This document shows positions 52,216 to 64,000 of a DNA stretch of 64,000 nucleotides, piece after piece (position 1 is the stretch's first letter; every line of letters starts with the position of its first letter). The notes under the pieces were generated by a model. That model ran no database searches, was not told the DNA's origin, and worked only from the letters and a program-made list of their open reading frames with translations. The stretch is from positions 72,762,067 through 72,826,066 of the forward strand of contig NC_057711.1 in assembly GCF_004010195.1 (NCBI RefSeq). The letters run 5' to 3'. Source of the DNA: Chiloscyllium plagiosum (lineage: Eukaryota). The translations under genes were made by a program, and so were the position numbers.

Positions 52216-54414
52216 TTGAAAAATGAATATGAAAGCATATTTAAAACTGTATTTAAGGGGATATCTAACATGCCAATCCCCTCCCCCAACAACCTGAAAA
52301 GGCAACTTATCATGCACCAATCAGAGCCAACAGGCAGAGAGCATAGGAGGGTTTCTTGGCCTATCACAGGCTTCAATACTGGTGTCCTAGGACCCCAGAA
52401 GCTGCCTGCCAATAAATGGACAGATGCACTTGGGTCCAAAAGACCAGTGGTCAAGGCCTACACTTTGTGGGAATCCAGCAGTGAGAAGATAAATCTTTTA
52501 TTATCCCTTTGTCACAGGAAGAATGGTGCAGGGGAGTTCGAGGCAAGGATACTGCTCAAATTGGAAGTCCCTCCCATCCTGGTAGATCACCCTGATTTTC
52601 CAATCAGGAAAGAAGATTCTTTTCTCACTCAGTAACAAGGTAAGTAATTGGTGAGGTAGCAAATTGAGGCTGTTATGTGGCCATTATTTCATCACTTAAG
52701 GGCCTCAATTGCTGGAAGGTCAAGAGAAGGTTGCCCATGGATTTTCTTCTCCAAGATTTAATTTGTGAGGATGATTATCTTGCTGGGTCAACTTGTCCCA
52801 TTGCCTATCACCTCCCCCTGCCTTTTGGTATTCTATCTCATCACTTTGAGGAAGGGGCAAATGTTGCCCTTAGAGACATAGAGCAGACTTTTACCAATTG
52901 GGTGGATGGCCTTTCATTAGAAGGACAATGGGCAGCGGTACAGAATCCCCTGAATTCCATTGGTGAGTAGAATAGCTGCAAATCTCTTCAGGATGGTAAT
53001 CCATCCTGAGAGCAGCTAGTCCAATCAGAGGGTCATCAGGTCAGCAGCCTTAGTAGCAGCTCCAACAAGAGTGGCCAGCATACAGTACTGAGGCAGCTGA
53101 GCCTAGAGAAGGTCAGATAAGTGATAAACTTTTTAAACATTGAGGGGCTGAGTGATGAAGGAACGTGTCTCCAGGAATATTGTTGGGGTTACAGGTGCTG
53201 CCCTTCCTGCCTGCAGTCTCCTTTTTGCTTTAAAAATCTTTTCCTTCCCTGGGCTGTTACTGAGAGGCCACCATCATTTTGCTGGCAGCCTCCCCACACA
53301 ATGGGAAGTTGCCCTGTTATCGGCAAAATTCCAAAGGAACCATAAAATGGTCCTTTACATCTGTAAGTTGGCTGCCTGCCTCCTTCAGACAGCTAACCTC
53401 ACTGATTTGGTTCTGTCATTAGTAAAGTTGCTCGGTGGTAGTGCAAGATTGAGAAGTTGACAGAATGAGGTTTGCCCATGATTTTGCAGACCCTCCTGCC
53501 TCCATCCCATCTCCCTGGAGCCAAGAAAATTCAGCCCTCCCTCAATTTTACATTTTAAAGAGCCATATGAGATCATCTTTAGGTTGTGCAGTGGAGTTTA
53601 AACTCAGAAGCTACAATATTTCCAGCATTTTTTGTTTTTGTTTCAGATTTCAAGCATCTATTGTATTTTATTTCTAGAACTACAACTTACATACACATGG
53701 AGCCTTTAACATTATCGTCCAAGCCCTTTCACAGCAGCATTATGAAACAAAGTATGACGCTGAGACAAGAGAAGATAATTTTCATCCTATTCCATTATTG
53801 AGAATATATATTAAGAACTGACAGGCAGAAAATTCAACAGCAAATATGGTGAAGATGTTGGAATATAAGTATGGGTTTAAATGCAAGACTAGAAGGATGG
53901 AAGGCAGCAAATATTTACACAGTAGATGGTAAGGCCTTTATCTTATCTGCATTAATAATCTGCACAGAGACTGCAGTTCAGATATTGTCAGACTGACCGG
54001 TTTCTCAGAGAAACAGGATGGAAGTCGGTTTCGTGGGGGATGTCCAATGGAATCAAGTGCCCATCAGACACTTATGTGGCTACCAGCAGGTCTTCCTCGC
54101 AATTGTGGTTCTCAGCAATGGAAGTGCTACCAACCACTATCTTCTGGCTGGCAGTTTGTTATTGCCACCAGCGCCAACAGAAGCAATGGCAGCTAGCAGG
54201 AATGGACCCATTGGAGAGGCCCTGGATCATTGTCAGATCCCAAGTCAAAGGTAAATGAGAGCAAGATGTGGTTCGTTTGATGATGAAATTCCTGTGGAAA
54301 ACATTTTACTTCACAAGGGGTTTTTCAATGCTTAGGCATGGCAACTCTAAAGTGGTAAAAATGACTAAGTCAAAATATATTCTAGAATCGCATCCCTGTG
54401 TGACACTTTACCTT

Positions 54415-54958
54415 GCTGAAAATGTGTTGCTGGAAAAGCACAGCAGATCAGGCAGCATCCAAGGAACAGGAGAATTGACGTTTCGGGCATAAGCCCTTCT
54501 TCAGGAATGAGGAAAGTGTGTCCAGCAGGCTAAGATAAAAGGTAGGGAGGAGGGACTTGGGGGAGGGGCTTTGGAAATGCAGTAGGTGGAGGGAGGTCAA
54601 GGTGAGGGTGATAGGCCAGAGTGCGGTGAGGGCGGAGAGGTCAGGAAGATGATTGCAGGTTAGGAAGGCGGTGCTGAGGGATTTGACTGAGACAAGGTGG
54701 GGGGAGGGGAAATGAGGAAACTGGAGAAGTCTGAGTTCAGTGTCCCAGAGGTGTTCTCTGAAACGCTCCGCAAGTAGGTGGCCTGTCTCCCCAATATAGA
54801 GGAGGCCACATCGGGTGCAGTGGATGCAATAGATGATGTGTGTGGAGGTGCAGGTGAATCTGTGGCGGATATGGAACTGTCCCTTGGGGAGAAGTAAGGG
54901 GGGAGGTGTGGGCGCAAGTTTTGCATTTCTTGCGGTTGCAGGGGAAGGTTTGCATTTC
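54415..54958 (-). mobile_element. Penelope-like element 3' portion (GIY-YIG remnant plus terminus)
   Basis: FPCNRKKCKTC; IYCIHCTRCGLLYIGETG..AERFREH; perfect 14-bp TSD tgacactttacctt at 54401-54414 and 54959-54972. Confidence 0.9.
54473..54508 (-). ncRNA. Minimal hammerhead motif (best-preserved family A core)
   Basis: attc-CTGAAGA-A-GGGC-TTAT-GCCC-GAAA-CG-TC-aatt; stem I weak. Confidence 0.75.
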
Positions 54959-55396
54959 TGACACTTTACCTTCCCAATCTTTCTCTATTTACACCATAAT
55001 CGGTTGGCATTACCATCTTTACAGGAAGGCAGTTTAGGCTCACTGCAGAATCACGGAAGGATTATTGAGATGGTCATTTTCAAGAAAAGATTTTTATTAG
55101 AGAACCATTTCACCAGTTTTACAAACTAACTTCTCTCCACGTTACCTGAAAACAGTGGGCTTTCGTATGGAAATTGCAGGTCCGAGTGTTAAATCGGGTT
55201 GTTTTGATGATCCTTTTTCAGAGTTAATATACGTTTTATTTGCCACATACATGAGTAAGTAAAGAACACAATGAAAATATCCTTTGACATAGCTAATTGG
55301 CTGAGTTTTGTTTGACTTTCACTTGCTTTTGTATTAGTTTCCACTTATTTTCTTCACATTTGAGTAAATGGCATATCTGATTAAAAATTCCACAGT

Positions 55397-56990
55397 GGGA
55401 GGTGGTGGCAAAGTTATATTGTCACTGGACCCATTTTTTGAGTCTCACCATGGCAAATTATGTTCTTTGAAATAAAAATCTGGAATTAAAAGTCTAACTT
55501 TGACTTTTAAACCATTGATGATTATCATAAAGACCCCTCTGTTTTGCTAATGTACTTTAGGAAAGGAAATCTGCCACCTTTATCTTGTCTGGCCTACATG
55601 TGACTTCAGACCCATCTCAGAAATGGTTGAGCAAACTACTTATTTTTATCAAACTATTCAAAAGTCTCAAAGGAAAGAAACCAAATCAGCAAGCTAGCCT
55701 CGAAACGACAACACAGTTCTATCAACCCTGAAAAGTATCCTTTTTATGTTAAAATTTGGAGAACTATCTAACAGAATGGTCAATCAAGACCCTGAAGTAG
55801 TCATACTCACAAAATCATACCTCACACCATTTCCATGAAGCCATCAACACCAAATCTCAGTATGTCCTGTAGCGGCAGGACAGCCCCAGCAGAAATAGGA
55901 GCTAATGGTATACAGTGAAGTTGGAGTTGCTCTGGGAGTCTTCAACATTGATTCTGGACTCCATGAAGTCTCATGGCATCAGGTCAAACATGGGCAAGGA
56001 AGCTAATTACAACTTATTGTACCTCCTTGGCTAGTGAATCAGTACCCCTCTATGTCAGAAATTACTTGGATGAAGCACTGAGGATGGCAACGGTGGGAAT
56101 GAGTGTGGGAGGGTTCAATTTTCCTCAATCTTCATTGGCGGCACTATTTCTGGCCAAACTGCCCAAGTCCTATTAGATATAGCTATCAATCTGAGTCGGT
56201 GGTAGGTGGTGAGGAAACCAAAAGAGGGAAAATCGTACTTGAACTCCTCTTCGCCAATGAGATTGTCACCTATCCCTCCACATAGATAAGAGTGATCACC
56301 ACACAGTCCTTCTGGAGACAAAGCTCTGGCTTCACATTAAGAAGACCTTCCATTGTGTTGTGTAGCACTATTACCATTCTAAATGGGATAGACCGGTCTA
56401 GCAACCGAAGGCTGGGCATCAATGAGCAGCATAATTATACTAAAATACAACCTGCAACCTCATAGTCTGGTATATTGACCATTCTACCTTACTGCCAAGT
56501 CAGGGGATCAACTCTGGTTCAGTGAAGAGTGCAAGAGGGCATATTTGCAACAGCAACAAGCAAACTTAAAATGAGGTGTCTACGTAGTGCTGCTACAATA
56601 CATGACTATTTGCATGGCACACAGCATGAGTAGCAAGTGGTAGACAGTGCTAAGCAATTTCACAGCCGGTGGATCAGATTTAAACTCTGCAGTGCTTACA
56701 CATTCCGTTATGAATGACAGTGGAGAATTAAAGGATGAACAGAAAGAGGAGAATCCACTATCACCACAATCTTCAATGATCAGGGATCCTAGCACATCAG
56801 TGCAAAAAGTAAGGTTGAAGCATTTGCAATAATCTTCAGCCAGAAATTTTGAGTGGAGGATCGAGCCTAGACCCTTCTGGAAGGGTCTAATGGAAGCAAC
56901 ATTATAGATGCTTGTCTTCAGTCAATTCAATTTAATTTTCATGACATTAAGAATCATCTAAAGATGTAGGAAGTTACAAAGGCTATGACA
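55397..56990 (+). mobile_element. 5' half of a second-family LINE
   Basis: Collinear with 4215-5130 and 10030-10870; GGFNF endonuclease remnant. Confidence 0.75.
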
Positions 56991-57797
56991 ACAGTTGACA
57001 TCAGCTTGATGTTGTTAATGGATCAGTCAAATTATGTGGGATCATGTTCAAATAATGACCAAAATCAGAGTGGAGAAAACAGCCTCCTTTATTCAGCAAC
57101 CGCAAATAGCATAAATTTGAGGCAGCAATAGAATCCCGAAATACAGTGCTCTCAGTAGCCTCTTATAACACATATATTAAAATTCCATTATGATGGTGTT
57201 ACATTGTTTTACCTATAGTACACAAAGGTTTGAGGGGCTTCTGTGCTGGGAGACAGGAGACTCTATGTGCTAAATGCTGGCTGTTACTTCTGATGGGATT
57301 AAGAGTATCTGTCCGATCTGCTTGCATAATTAAGAGGTGTTAGACCTTTTGTCTTTTAAGTTAGTAAAAATTCTAAGCCGATATGCTCTAAATAACGTAT
57401 TAACCTGTACTTAGTACAACAATAAAGGATATTATATTGACTATCGTAGCTCAGTGTGAGATTTTGTTTATTATTTGTCAGAGTGAGTTTCATTCATTCA
57501 TGCAATTTCACATAATCTCTGGTTTGACAGTTTCTTAAAGGGATAACAGCCCCAGTTAAAAGGTATTTAACAAGTACATATTAATTGGGGAAAATGTTTG
57601 GTGTTCTGTAAACTATTCAGGTCAGAGAGATGGTTAGTAAGGGTATTAATAAGAAATTTTATAATCTTTCCATAGCTTCGGGTAGGTCATGGAGACACAA
57701 TAGAGGTAAAAACAATGACTGCAGATGCTGGAAACCAGATTCTGGATTAGTGGTGCTGGAAGAGCACAGCAATTCAGGCAGCATCCAAGGAGCTTAG

Positions 57798-57832
57798 AAA
57801 TCGACGTTTCGGGCAAAAGCTCTTCATCAGGA
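57798..57832 (-). ncRNA. Hammerhead motif in left pseudo-LTR
   Basis: tc-CTGATGA-A-GAGC-TTTT-GCCC-GAAA-CG-TC-ga. Confidence 0.65.
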
Positions 57833-58107
57833 GTATGATGTTGTTAATGGATCAGTCAAATTATGTGGGATCATGTTCAAATAATGACCAAAGTCAGAGT
57901 GGCGAAAACAGCCTCCTTTATTCAGCAACCGCAAATAGCATAAATTTGAGGCAGCAATAGAATCCCACGCCTGAAGCGTGGAGAGATAAGCTAGAGGAGG
58001 GTGGGGGTGGGGAGAAAGTAGTGGCAGGGGAAAGTGCCAGGATGGGGGGGTGGGTCGTAGGGGGGCGTGGACCTGGCCAGGTAGTCACGGAGGGAACGGT
58101 CTTTGCG

Positions 58108-58478
58108 GAAGGCGGAGAGGGGTGGGGAGGGAAATATATCCCTGGTGGTGGGGTCTGTTTGGAGGCGGAGAGGGGTGGGGAGGGAAATATATCCCTGGTG
58201 GTGGGGTCTGTTTGGAGGCGGAGAGGGGTGGGGAGGGAAATATATCCCTGGTGGTGGGGTCTGTTTGGAGGCGGAGAGGGGTGGGGAGGGAAATATATCC
58301 CTGGTGGTGGGGTCTGTTTGGAGGCGGAGAGGGGTGGGGAGGGAAATATATCCCTGGTGGTGGGGTCTGTTTGGAGGCGGAGAGGGGTGGGGAGGGAAAT
58401 ATATCCCTGGTGGTGGGGTCTGTTTGGAGGCGGAGAGGGGTGGGGAGGGAAATATATCCCTGGTGGTGGTGTCTGTTT
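58108..58478 (+). repeat. 53-bp G-rich minisatellite, 7 near-identical copies
   Basis: Units start at 58108, 58161, 58214, 58267, 58320, 58373 and 58426. Confidence 0.97.
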
Positions 58479-59414
58479 GGAGGTGGCGGAAATGTCGGCA
58501 GATGATTTGCGAAGGTTGGTAGGGTGGAAGGTGGGCACCAGGGGCGTTCTGTCCTTGTTGCGGTTGTAGGGGTTGGGTCTGAGGGCGGAGGTGCGGGATG
58601 TGGATGAGATGCGTTGGAGGGCATCTTTAACCATGTGGGAAGGGAAATTACGGTCTCTAAAGAAGGAGGCCATCTGGTGTGTTCTGTTGTGGAACTGGTC
58701 CTCCTGGGATCAGATACAGCGGAGGCGGAGGAATTGGGAATATGGGATGACATTTTTGCACGAGATAGGGTGGGAAGAGGTGTAATCCAGGTAGCTGTGG
58801 GAGTCGGTGGGTTTGTAAAAAATGTCAGTGTCAAGTCGGTCGTCATTAATGGAGATGGAGAGGTCCAGGAAGGGGAGGGAGGTGTCAGAGATGGTCCAGG
58901 TAAATTTAAGGTCAGGGTGGAATGTGTTGGTGAAGTTGATGAATCGCTCAGCCTCCTCGCGGGAGCACGAGGTGGCGCCAATGCAGTCATCAATGTAGCG
59001 GAGGAAGAGGTGGGGAGTGGTGCCGGTGTAATTACGGAAGATCAACTGCTCTACGAAGCAAACAAAGAGAAAGGCATAGCTGGGACCCATACGTGTGCCC
59101 ATGGCTACCCCTTTGGTCTGGAAGAAGTGGGAGGATTCAAAGGAGAAATTGTTAAGGGTGAGGACCAGTTCGGCCAAACATTTCCCCTTCCCCACCTCAC
59201 CCTTGTTCCAAACTTCCAGCTCAGCACTGTCCCCATGACTTGTCCGGACTTGTCCTACCTGCCTATCTCCTTTTCCACCTATCCACTCCACCCTCTCCTC
59301 CCTGACCTATCACCTTCATCCCCTCCCCCACTCACCTATTGTACTCCATGCTACTCTATCCCCACCCCCACTCTCCTCTAGTTTATCTCTCCACGCTTCA
59401 GGCTCACTGCCTTT

Positions 59415-59450
59415 ATTCCTGATGAAGGGCTTTTGCCCAAAACATCGATT
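59415..59450 (+). ncRNA. Hammerhead motif in right pseudo-LTR (CpG-decayed)
   Basis: attc-CTGATGA-A-GGGC-TTTT-GCCC-AAAA-CA-TC-gatt. Confidence 0.55.
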
Positions 59451-60149
59451 TCGAAGCTCCTTGGATGCTGCCTGAACTGCTGTGCTCTTCCAGCACCACT
59501 AATCCAGAACATGGAGACATAATGACAGGGATGACATTGTTCTGAATAGCTTAGTAGTCTTTGTTGTTTATTCTGGTTTAGTTTTTGATAGGTCTAATAA
59601 GGATTGAAAATGTGAAGGAGCAATAATGAGTTTGGAAGTATTGCTTTAATTTTAGTCCATCTTGCAATAGGAAAAATATACTACTGAAGCATGATTTTAT
59701 GAATGAATGAATGAAACCATGTTATAGTAAATAACGGGTTAGTAACGGGTTATGAATGAATGAACAGAAACCCGGTATTAATGAATATAGTGAGCTGGTG
59801 AGTGAGTTAATAAAGATAATCTATAACACAATATCTCACAATCACAAATTAAAATCTGGCTGATAGGTCATATTTTGTCTTTATTTTGGCTTTTAATATG
59901 ATGTTCTTTCATTGAAACAAGCACAAAATGCTGCAGATTTGGATTTAGCAATGAAACAGAATTATTTCACACAAAAGAAATTAAGATGAAATGAAATAAA
60001 TCAAACTATTTACATTTTTTTTGCATGGCAGATTTCAAAATAAATGGTAAAATACAACTGAATTACTCCCAGGGGCACTCTTTACAGTACTCACATGGGA
60101 GAATGATGAAAAGGGTCATCAACAGTGCTCACTGATTCTCAGCTGTTTT

Positions 60150-61443
60150 CCACCAGGACAATTCAACGCCTGACCTCATTTCAGCTTTTGTTCAAACGTG
60201 GAGTAAAGAGCTGAAATCAGGACGGGGAGAAAAGGATGACTGGCCCTGACATCAAGGCAGCATTGAGCCAAGTGGTATTAAGGTGCCTTAGCAAAACTAA
60301 AATCAATACGGTTGGGATGAAACTCTCCACTGGCTTGAGTCATACCTAGCGAAACGATCACAGTTTTGGTTGTCAGAGGTCAGTCATTCCAATTCCAGGA
60401 CATCACCTCAGGGGTTCCTCAGGGTACCTGATTAGATGCTCTTACACACCTCAAGAGCAGGTCAGGCTTGATCCTGGGTCTCCTGGCAAAGAGGTAGCAA
60501 TGTTACACTGCACCACAAGAGTCCTGGATTCTTCAGGGTAGTGTCCTAGGCTCAACAATCTTCAGCTGCTTCCCTCCATCATAAGTCAGAAGTGGGGATG
60601 TATTTGATGATTACCAACATTCAGCATCATTCACAATTCCTTAGGTATTGAAGCATTCCAAGTCCAAATGTTTGCAAGTCCAATTAAAAGACATTATTCT
60701 AGACAATATTCTGACTTTGGTTTCCAAATAGCGAGTAACGTTTGTGCCAGGCAATGACCATCTCCTCCAAGAGAAAATCTGACCACCCACTTTGTACATT
60801 CAATAATGTTACCATCTAAACCCCATCTGAGACTATAGGGTTACCATTGACCAGAAACTGAACTGAGCTAACTTTCTAAGTATTGTGGTTGGAAAAGTAT
60901 GTTAGAGGCTAGAATCCTGCAGCAAATAACTTATCTCGTAACTCCCCAAAGCCTGTCCGTCATCTACAAGGCACAAGTCAGGAGTGTAAAGGAATACTCC
61001 CACTGCCTGGAGAAGAGCAGCTCTAACAACACTCAAGAAGCTTGATATCATAGAGAACTTGATTGGCATCACCTTCACTTCTTCCAAAACTGATTCTCCG
61101 TATAGCAATGCATACCAATTAGAATATGCAATGTAGCAATTCACCAAGGCTTCTTTGATAGCACCTTCCAAATATATGACCATTACCATCTCGAAGGACA
61201 AGGGCAACAATTGCATGAAAACATCATCGTCTGGCCTCTCACCATCCTGAAATATATCACCATTCCTTCACTGTTGTTAAGTCAAAATCCTGGAATCCCT
61301 CCTCATCGCGCTGTGGTTCTATCTACCCCAGATGGACTGCAGCAATCAAGAAGCAGCTCACCACCATACTCTCAAGTGTAATTAGGACAGACGATAAATG
61401 TTAGTCCAGTTAGCAAAGCTCACAACCCTTGAGTAAAAAAAAG
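60150..61443 (+). mobile_element. 3' half of a second-family LINE
   Basis: ALTSRQH/DIKAA region, GVPQGSVLG; tail ataaatgttagtccag..(A)n. Confidence 0.82.
60427..60528 (-). mobile_element. Very short SINE-like insertion with tRNA-like head
   Basis: Minus strand tgtggtgcagtg..ggatcaagcc; TSD ttc(c/t)tcagggta at 60415-60426 and 60529-60540. Confidence 0.65.
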
Positions 61444-63030
61444 CTAATTATGGCCTCTTGAGCGGTTCTTTTTTGAGTTGTGGCACCTCTGAAGCTGTGC
61501 CAAAGTTGTGACTCCTTTGAAAGGTATGACACAATTCTTGAATTTTAGTTACATGCCCAATAAAAATCATGAAAGAAGACAGCTTTAATAAATGGTGATG
61601 GGCAATATAATTTCTCCATTAAACAACCAACTTAGTTTGGACCAACTCAAATACCTCCTATATAAATAGAGTAAGACTTAAGTCAGAGTTTAAAATAGCA
61701 GCAGAATGTGAAGTTTTGAAAATGGGGTCACAGTTTGCATTATACGAACTTCTTATCTTAGGTGACTTAAAACAAAGGATTTACTGTGTCATAAGCAGAT
61801 CAAGGAGCTGCAGAAATATCTTTCCCAAGGACATAGTCACCTGCTGCTGACATCATTCACTGACTGTTATGAAATTTATTCTGGACTTCTGAATGTAAAA
61901 GTGTCAGACAAGCCTAAAGTGAAGGCTATTGCAAAGAAGATGAACTATAAAGTAAAGTACAATGTTTTTGCTATCCTGAAACCTAGGAAGGATTTATGCA
62001 GGTGAGGTTTATTCCTTATGTTTATAGAGGAAATCAATTACATTAAACTAAAATGTACCCACAGGAATTGGTTAATTCTGCAAATATTTATATTAATGCA
62101 ATATTCCTTCATTGACATTTGTAATTATTCATTTTGTTTGTAGTGTACATAGAGATTTCTATATAATATTTATAACTCATACTTAGGAGAAAATTTATGA
62201 GCAAAGAAATAGATTTAGGTTTGTTGGCATATTAACAGATACATTAAACAGCCAAAAATACTACATTTCAAAGTTAAAGATAATAGAAACAGGAATCCAC
62301 AAACCTTTAAACATAGACACTGTAAATTTGGCAAGGCTTATGGGACCTAACCAGTCTATAAAAAACTTTAAGTAATTATACCGTATTTGTAAATGATCCT
62401 GAGCCAAATAATATTAAAATTTCACAAAGTATTAAAGTAAATAAGAAGATAGATCTAAAAGAGTGCTAAACAAGAATACATTTCTATAACTATGTTTTAA
62501 CATTTGCTCATGGGCTCTGTTTTGTGCATTACTTTTTATACTATCTACAATCTGAGAGTTAACTATCACAGTAAAAGGTCATTTTATGTAACAGAATTCT
62601 AGAACTCATGGGGATTACAATTCAAATCAAACAAAATTATCTGGACATTTAGATTGCAAATCACATTGTGACTGTGTTAAGTGCCAGGGGCTATATTTTA
62701 GTTTTGCAAGCTGCAGCAGATTTAACAACATTGATAAGAGTAATCTGAAGCTCAGGCAGTATTTTTATTCTGAAGTGCAAGTTAAATATTTGCAGCACTA
62801 AATGAACACCAAAATTTGCATTTCTAAAAATCAATGTCAAATTCAGCAGCAGTTCAAACAAGGTGCTGCTCTGAGCCATTGAAAACACAACCTGGATTTT
62901 TGATACCAAGGTGACTAGCTCAAATTGGGAAACTTAGCAGACCGGCCTTGGTTTAAACATCCTTATTAGACTCAATTTTCTGGCCCAGCTGACCCGGAGA
63001 GCAAATCCTTGATAGCCACAGGATACTAGC

Positions 63031-63144
63031 CAAAAGTGAGGACTGCAGATGCTGGAGATTAGAGTTGAGAGTGTGGTGCTGGAAAAGCACAGCAGGTCAG
63101 GCAGCATCCAAGGAGCAGGAGAATCAATGTTTCGGGCAAAAGCT
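63031..63144 (-). mobile_element. Short PLE-terminus insertion (family A), truncated within the hammerhead
   Basis: Matches 39713-39830. Confidence 0.85.
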
Positions 63145-64000
63145 CTAGGCAGACTGGTTAGTAAGTCCTGTTTCTATTCTCTGGAACATCATCTCAGTTG
63201 GTTTAGATGCTCTTAGCCTCTTTAGGTCCCATCTCTCACAGCCCCAAAGTTCCAACAAACAATCATGTCAATGCATGCCCCATGACATCTCCACTCCATT
63301 CATACCTCCATGCCACTTTCATCACAACGCATGAAATCCCAACCAACCTTGCATAAACTCTCATATTCTATACTATCTCCAGATTAACTCTTTCAATTTA
63401 CTCTCACATAACCAATTACAGTCTATTTCAATTTATTACCCTACCTATTACCCATCTCTCTCATTAGCCACTTACTCACTCTACACAAGGGACAGGTTTC
63501 AGAAGCTATGTGGAAATGTATAAAAAAAAATAAAATTTTAATAATCCAAAATAGGGTTTTTACTCATACACTTGATAATAAAAAAAATCCTCTTTATGAG
63601 ACTCATTCAAGTCCTTTTTTAAATCAGACTTATTTTACATGTTGTAAGTTAGTTAATCTTTTATAAATAAAACAAGCAAACTTCATAGACTAAACATCAA
63701 ACACAACTAAACTTTTAATAGCCATTTGGAACAGTGAATACAAAAGACCTTGCTCAGGTTATTGTAGCATTTGAAACCTGGCCAAGCATTCATAATTGCA
63801 TCATAATCACCCTTGGGAATGTCAGAAAAGACCTCTACTATCTGTGCAATGTCTATAATTGTTTTGACTAACCTGAATCATATGGTCTGTCAATTAAAGT
63901 AGTCTACCAGACTTTTTAAAATCTTTTGACAAGCTGTTGTTTTCCACTTAACAAGTGAGGGGTTTAAACACTTCAAACCATTAGACTTAAATACACTGTC

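Larger units (their letters stand above)
57698..59509 (-). mobile_element. Penelope-like element with RT core between inverted pseudo-LTRs
   Basis: QTKGVAMGTRMGPSYA, FLRYIDD, LPFLD, YKPTDSHSYL; 10-bp TSD catggagaca at 57688-57697 and 59510-59519. Confidence 0.93.

Noticed and set aside
52216..52635. 139-aa ORF
   Set aside because: No recognisable domain; overlaps decayed repeats; non-ATG start
58108..58478. CRISPR-like periodicity (also 37088-37352)
   Set aside because: Head-to-tail repeats with no unique spacers, no cas genes, vertebrate context
57918..58993. Several long overlapping ORFs
   Set aside because: Produced by the stop-poor 53-bp array and the GC-rich PLE sequence; not genes

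Overview
Repeat-dense eukaryotic intergenic or intronic DNA. The repeat families (CR1/HER1-type LINEs with (GACTCTAT)n tails, tRNA-headed V-SINE/HE1-like SINEs) suggest a cartilaginous fish such as a shark (inference). No host gene or exon can be supported: ORFs with recognisable similarity are decayed retroelement fragments, and the rest look like chance ORFs. Contents: about a dozen CR1 copies, including a near full-length old copy with an SGNH-esterase ORF1; a second LINE family with a tRNA-like 5' head; L2-like 3' ends; SINEs; a Gmr1-type Ty3/gypsy LTR element (integrase upstream of RT, 4-bp TSD, tRNA-Pro-like PBS); and several Penelope-like element (PLE) remnants with RT and GIY-YIG domains. 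The most notable signal is a set of short PLE-terminus insertions from four sequence families carrying minimal hammerhead-ribozyme cores (CUGANGA..stem II..GAAA..UH). Several are fold-back palindromes with 9-16 bp target-site duplications. There are also three 70-131 bp insertions copied from DNA 0.8-2 kb away, two twin-priming-type inversions, a 767-bp tandem duplication, a 7x53-bp G-rich minisatellite and two assembly gaps. All classification is by eye, and boundaries of old elements are approximate.
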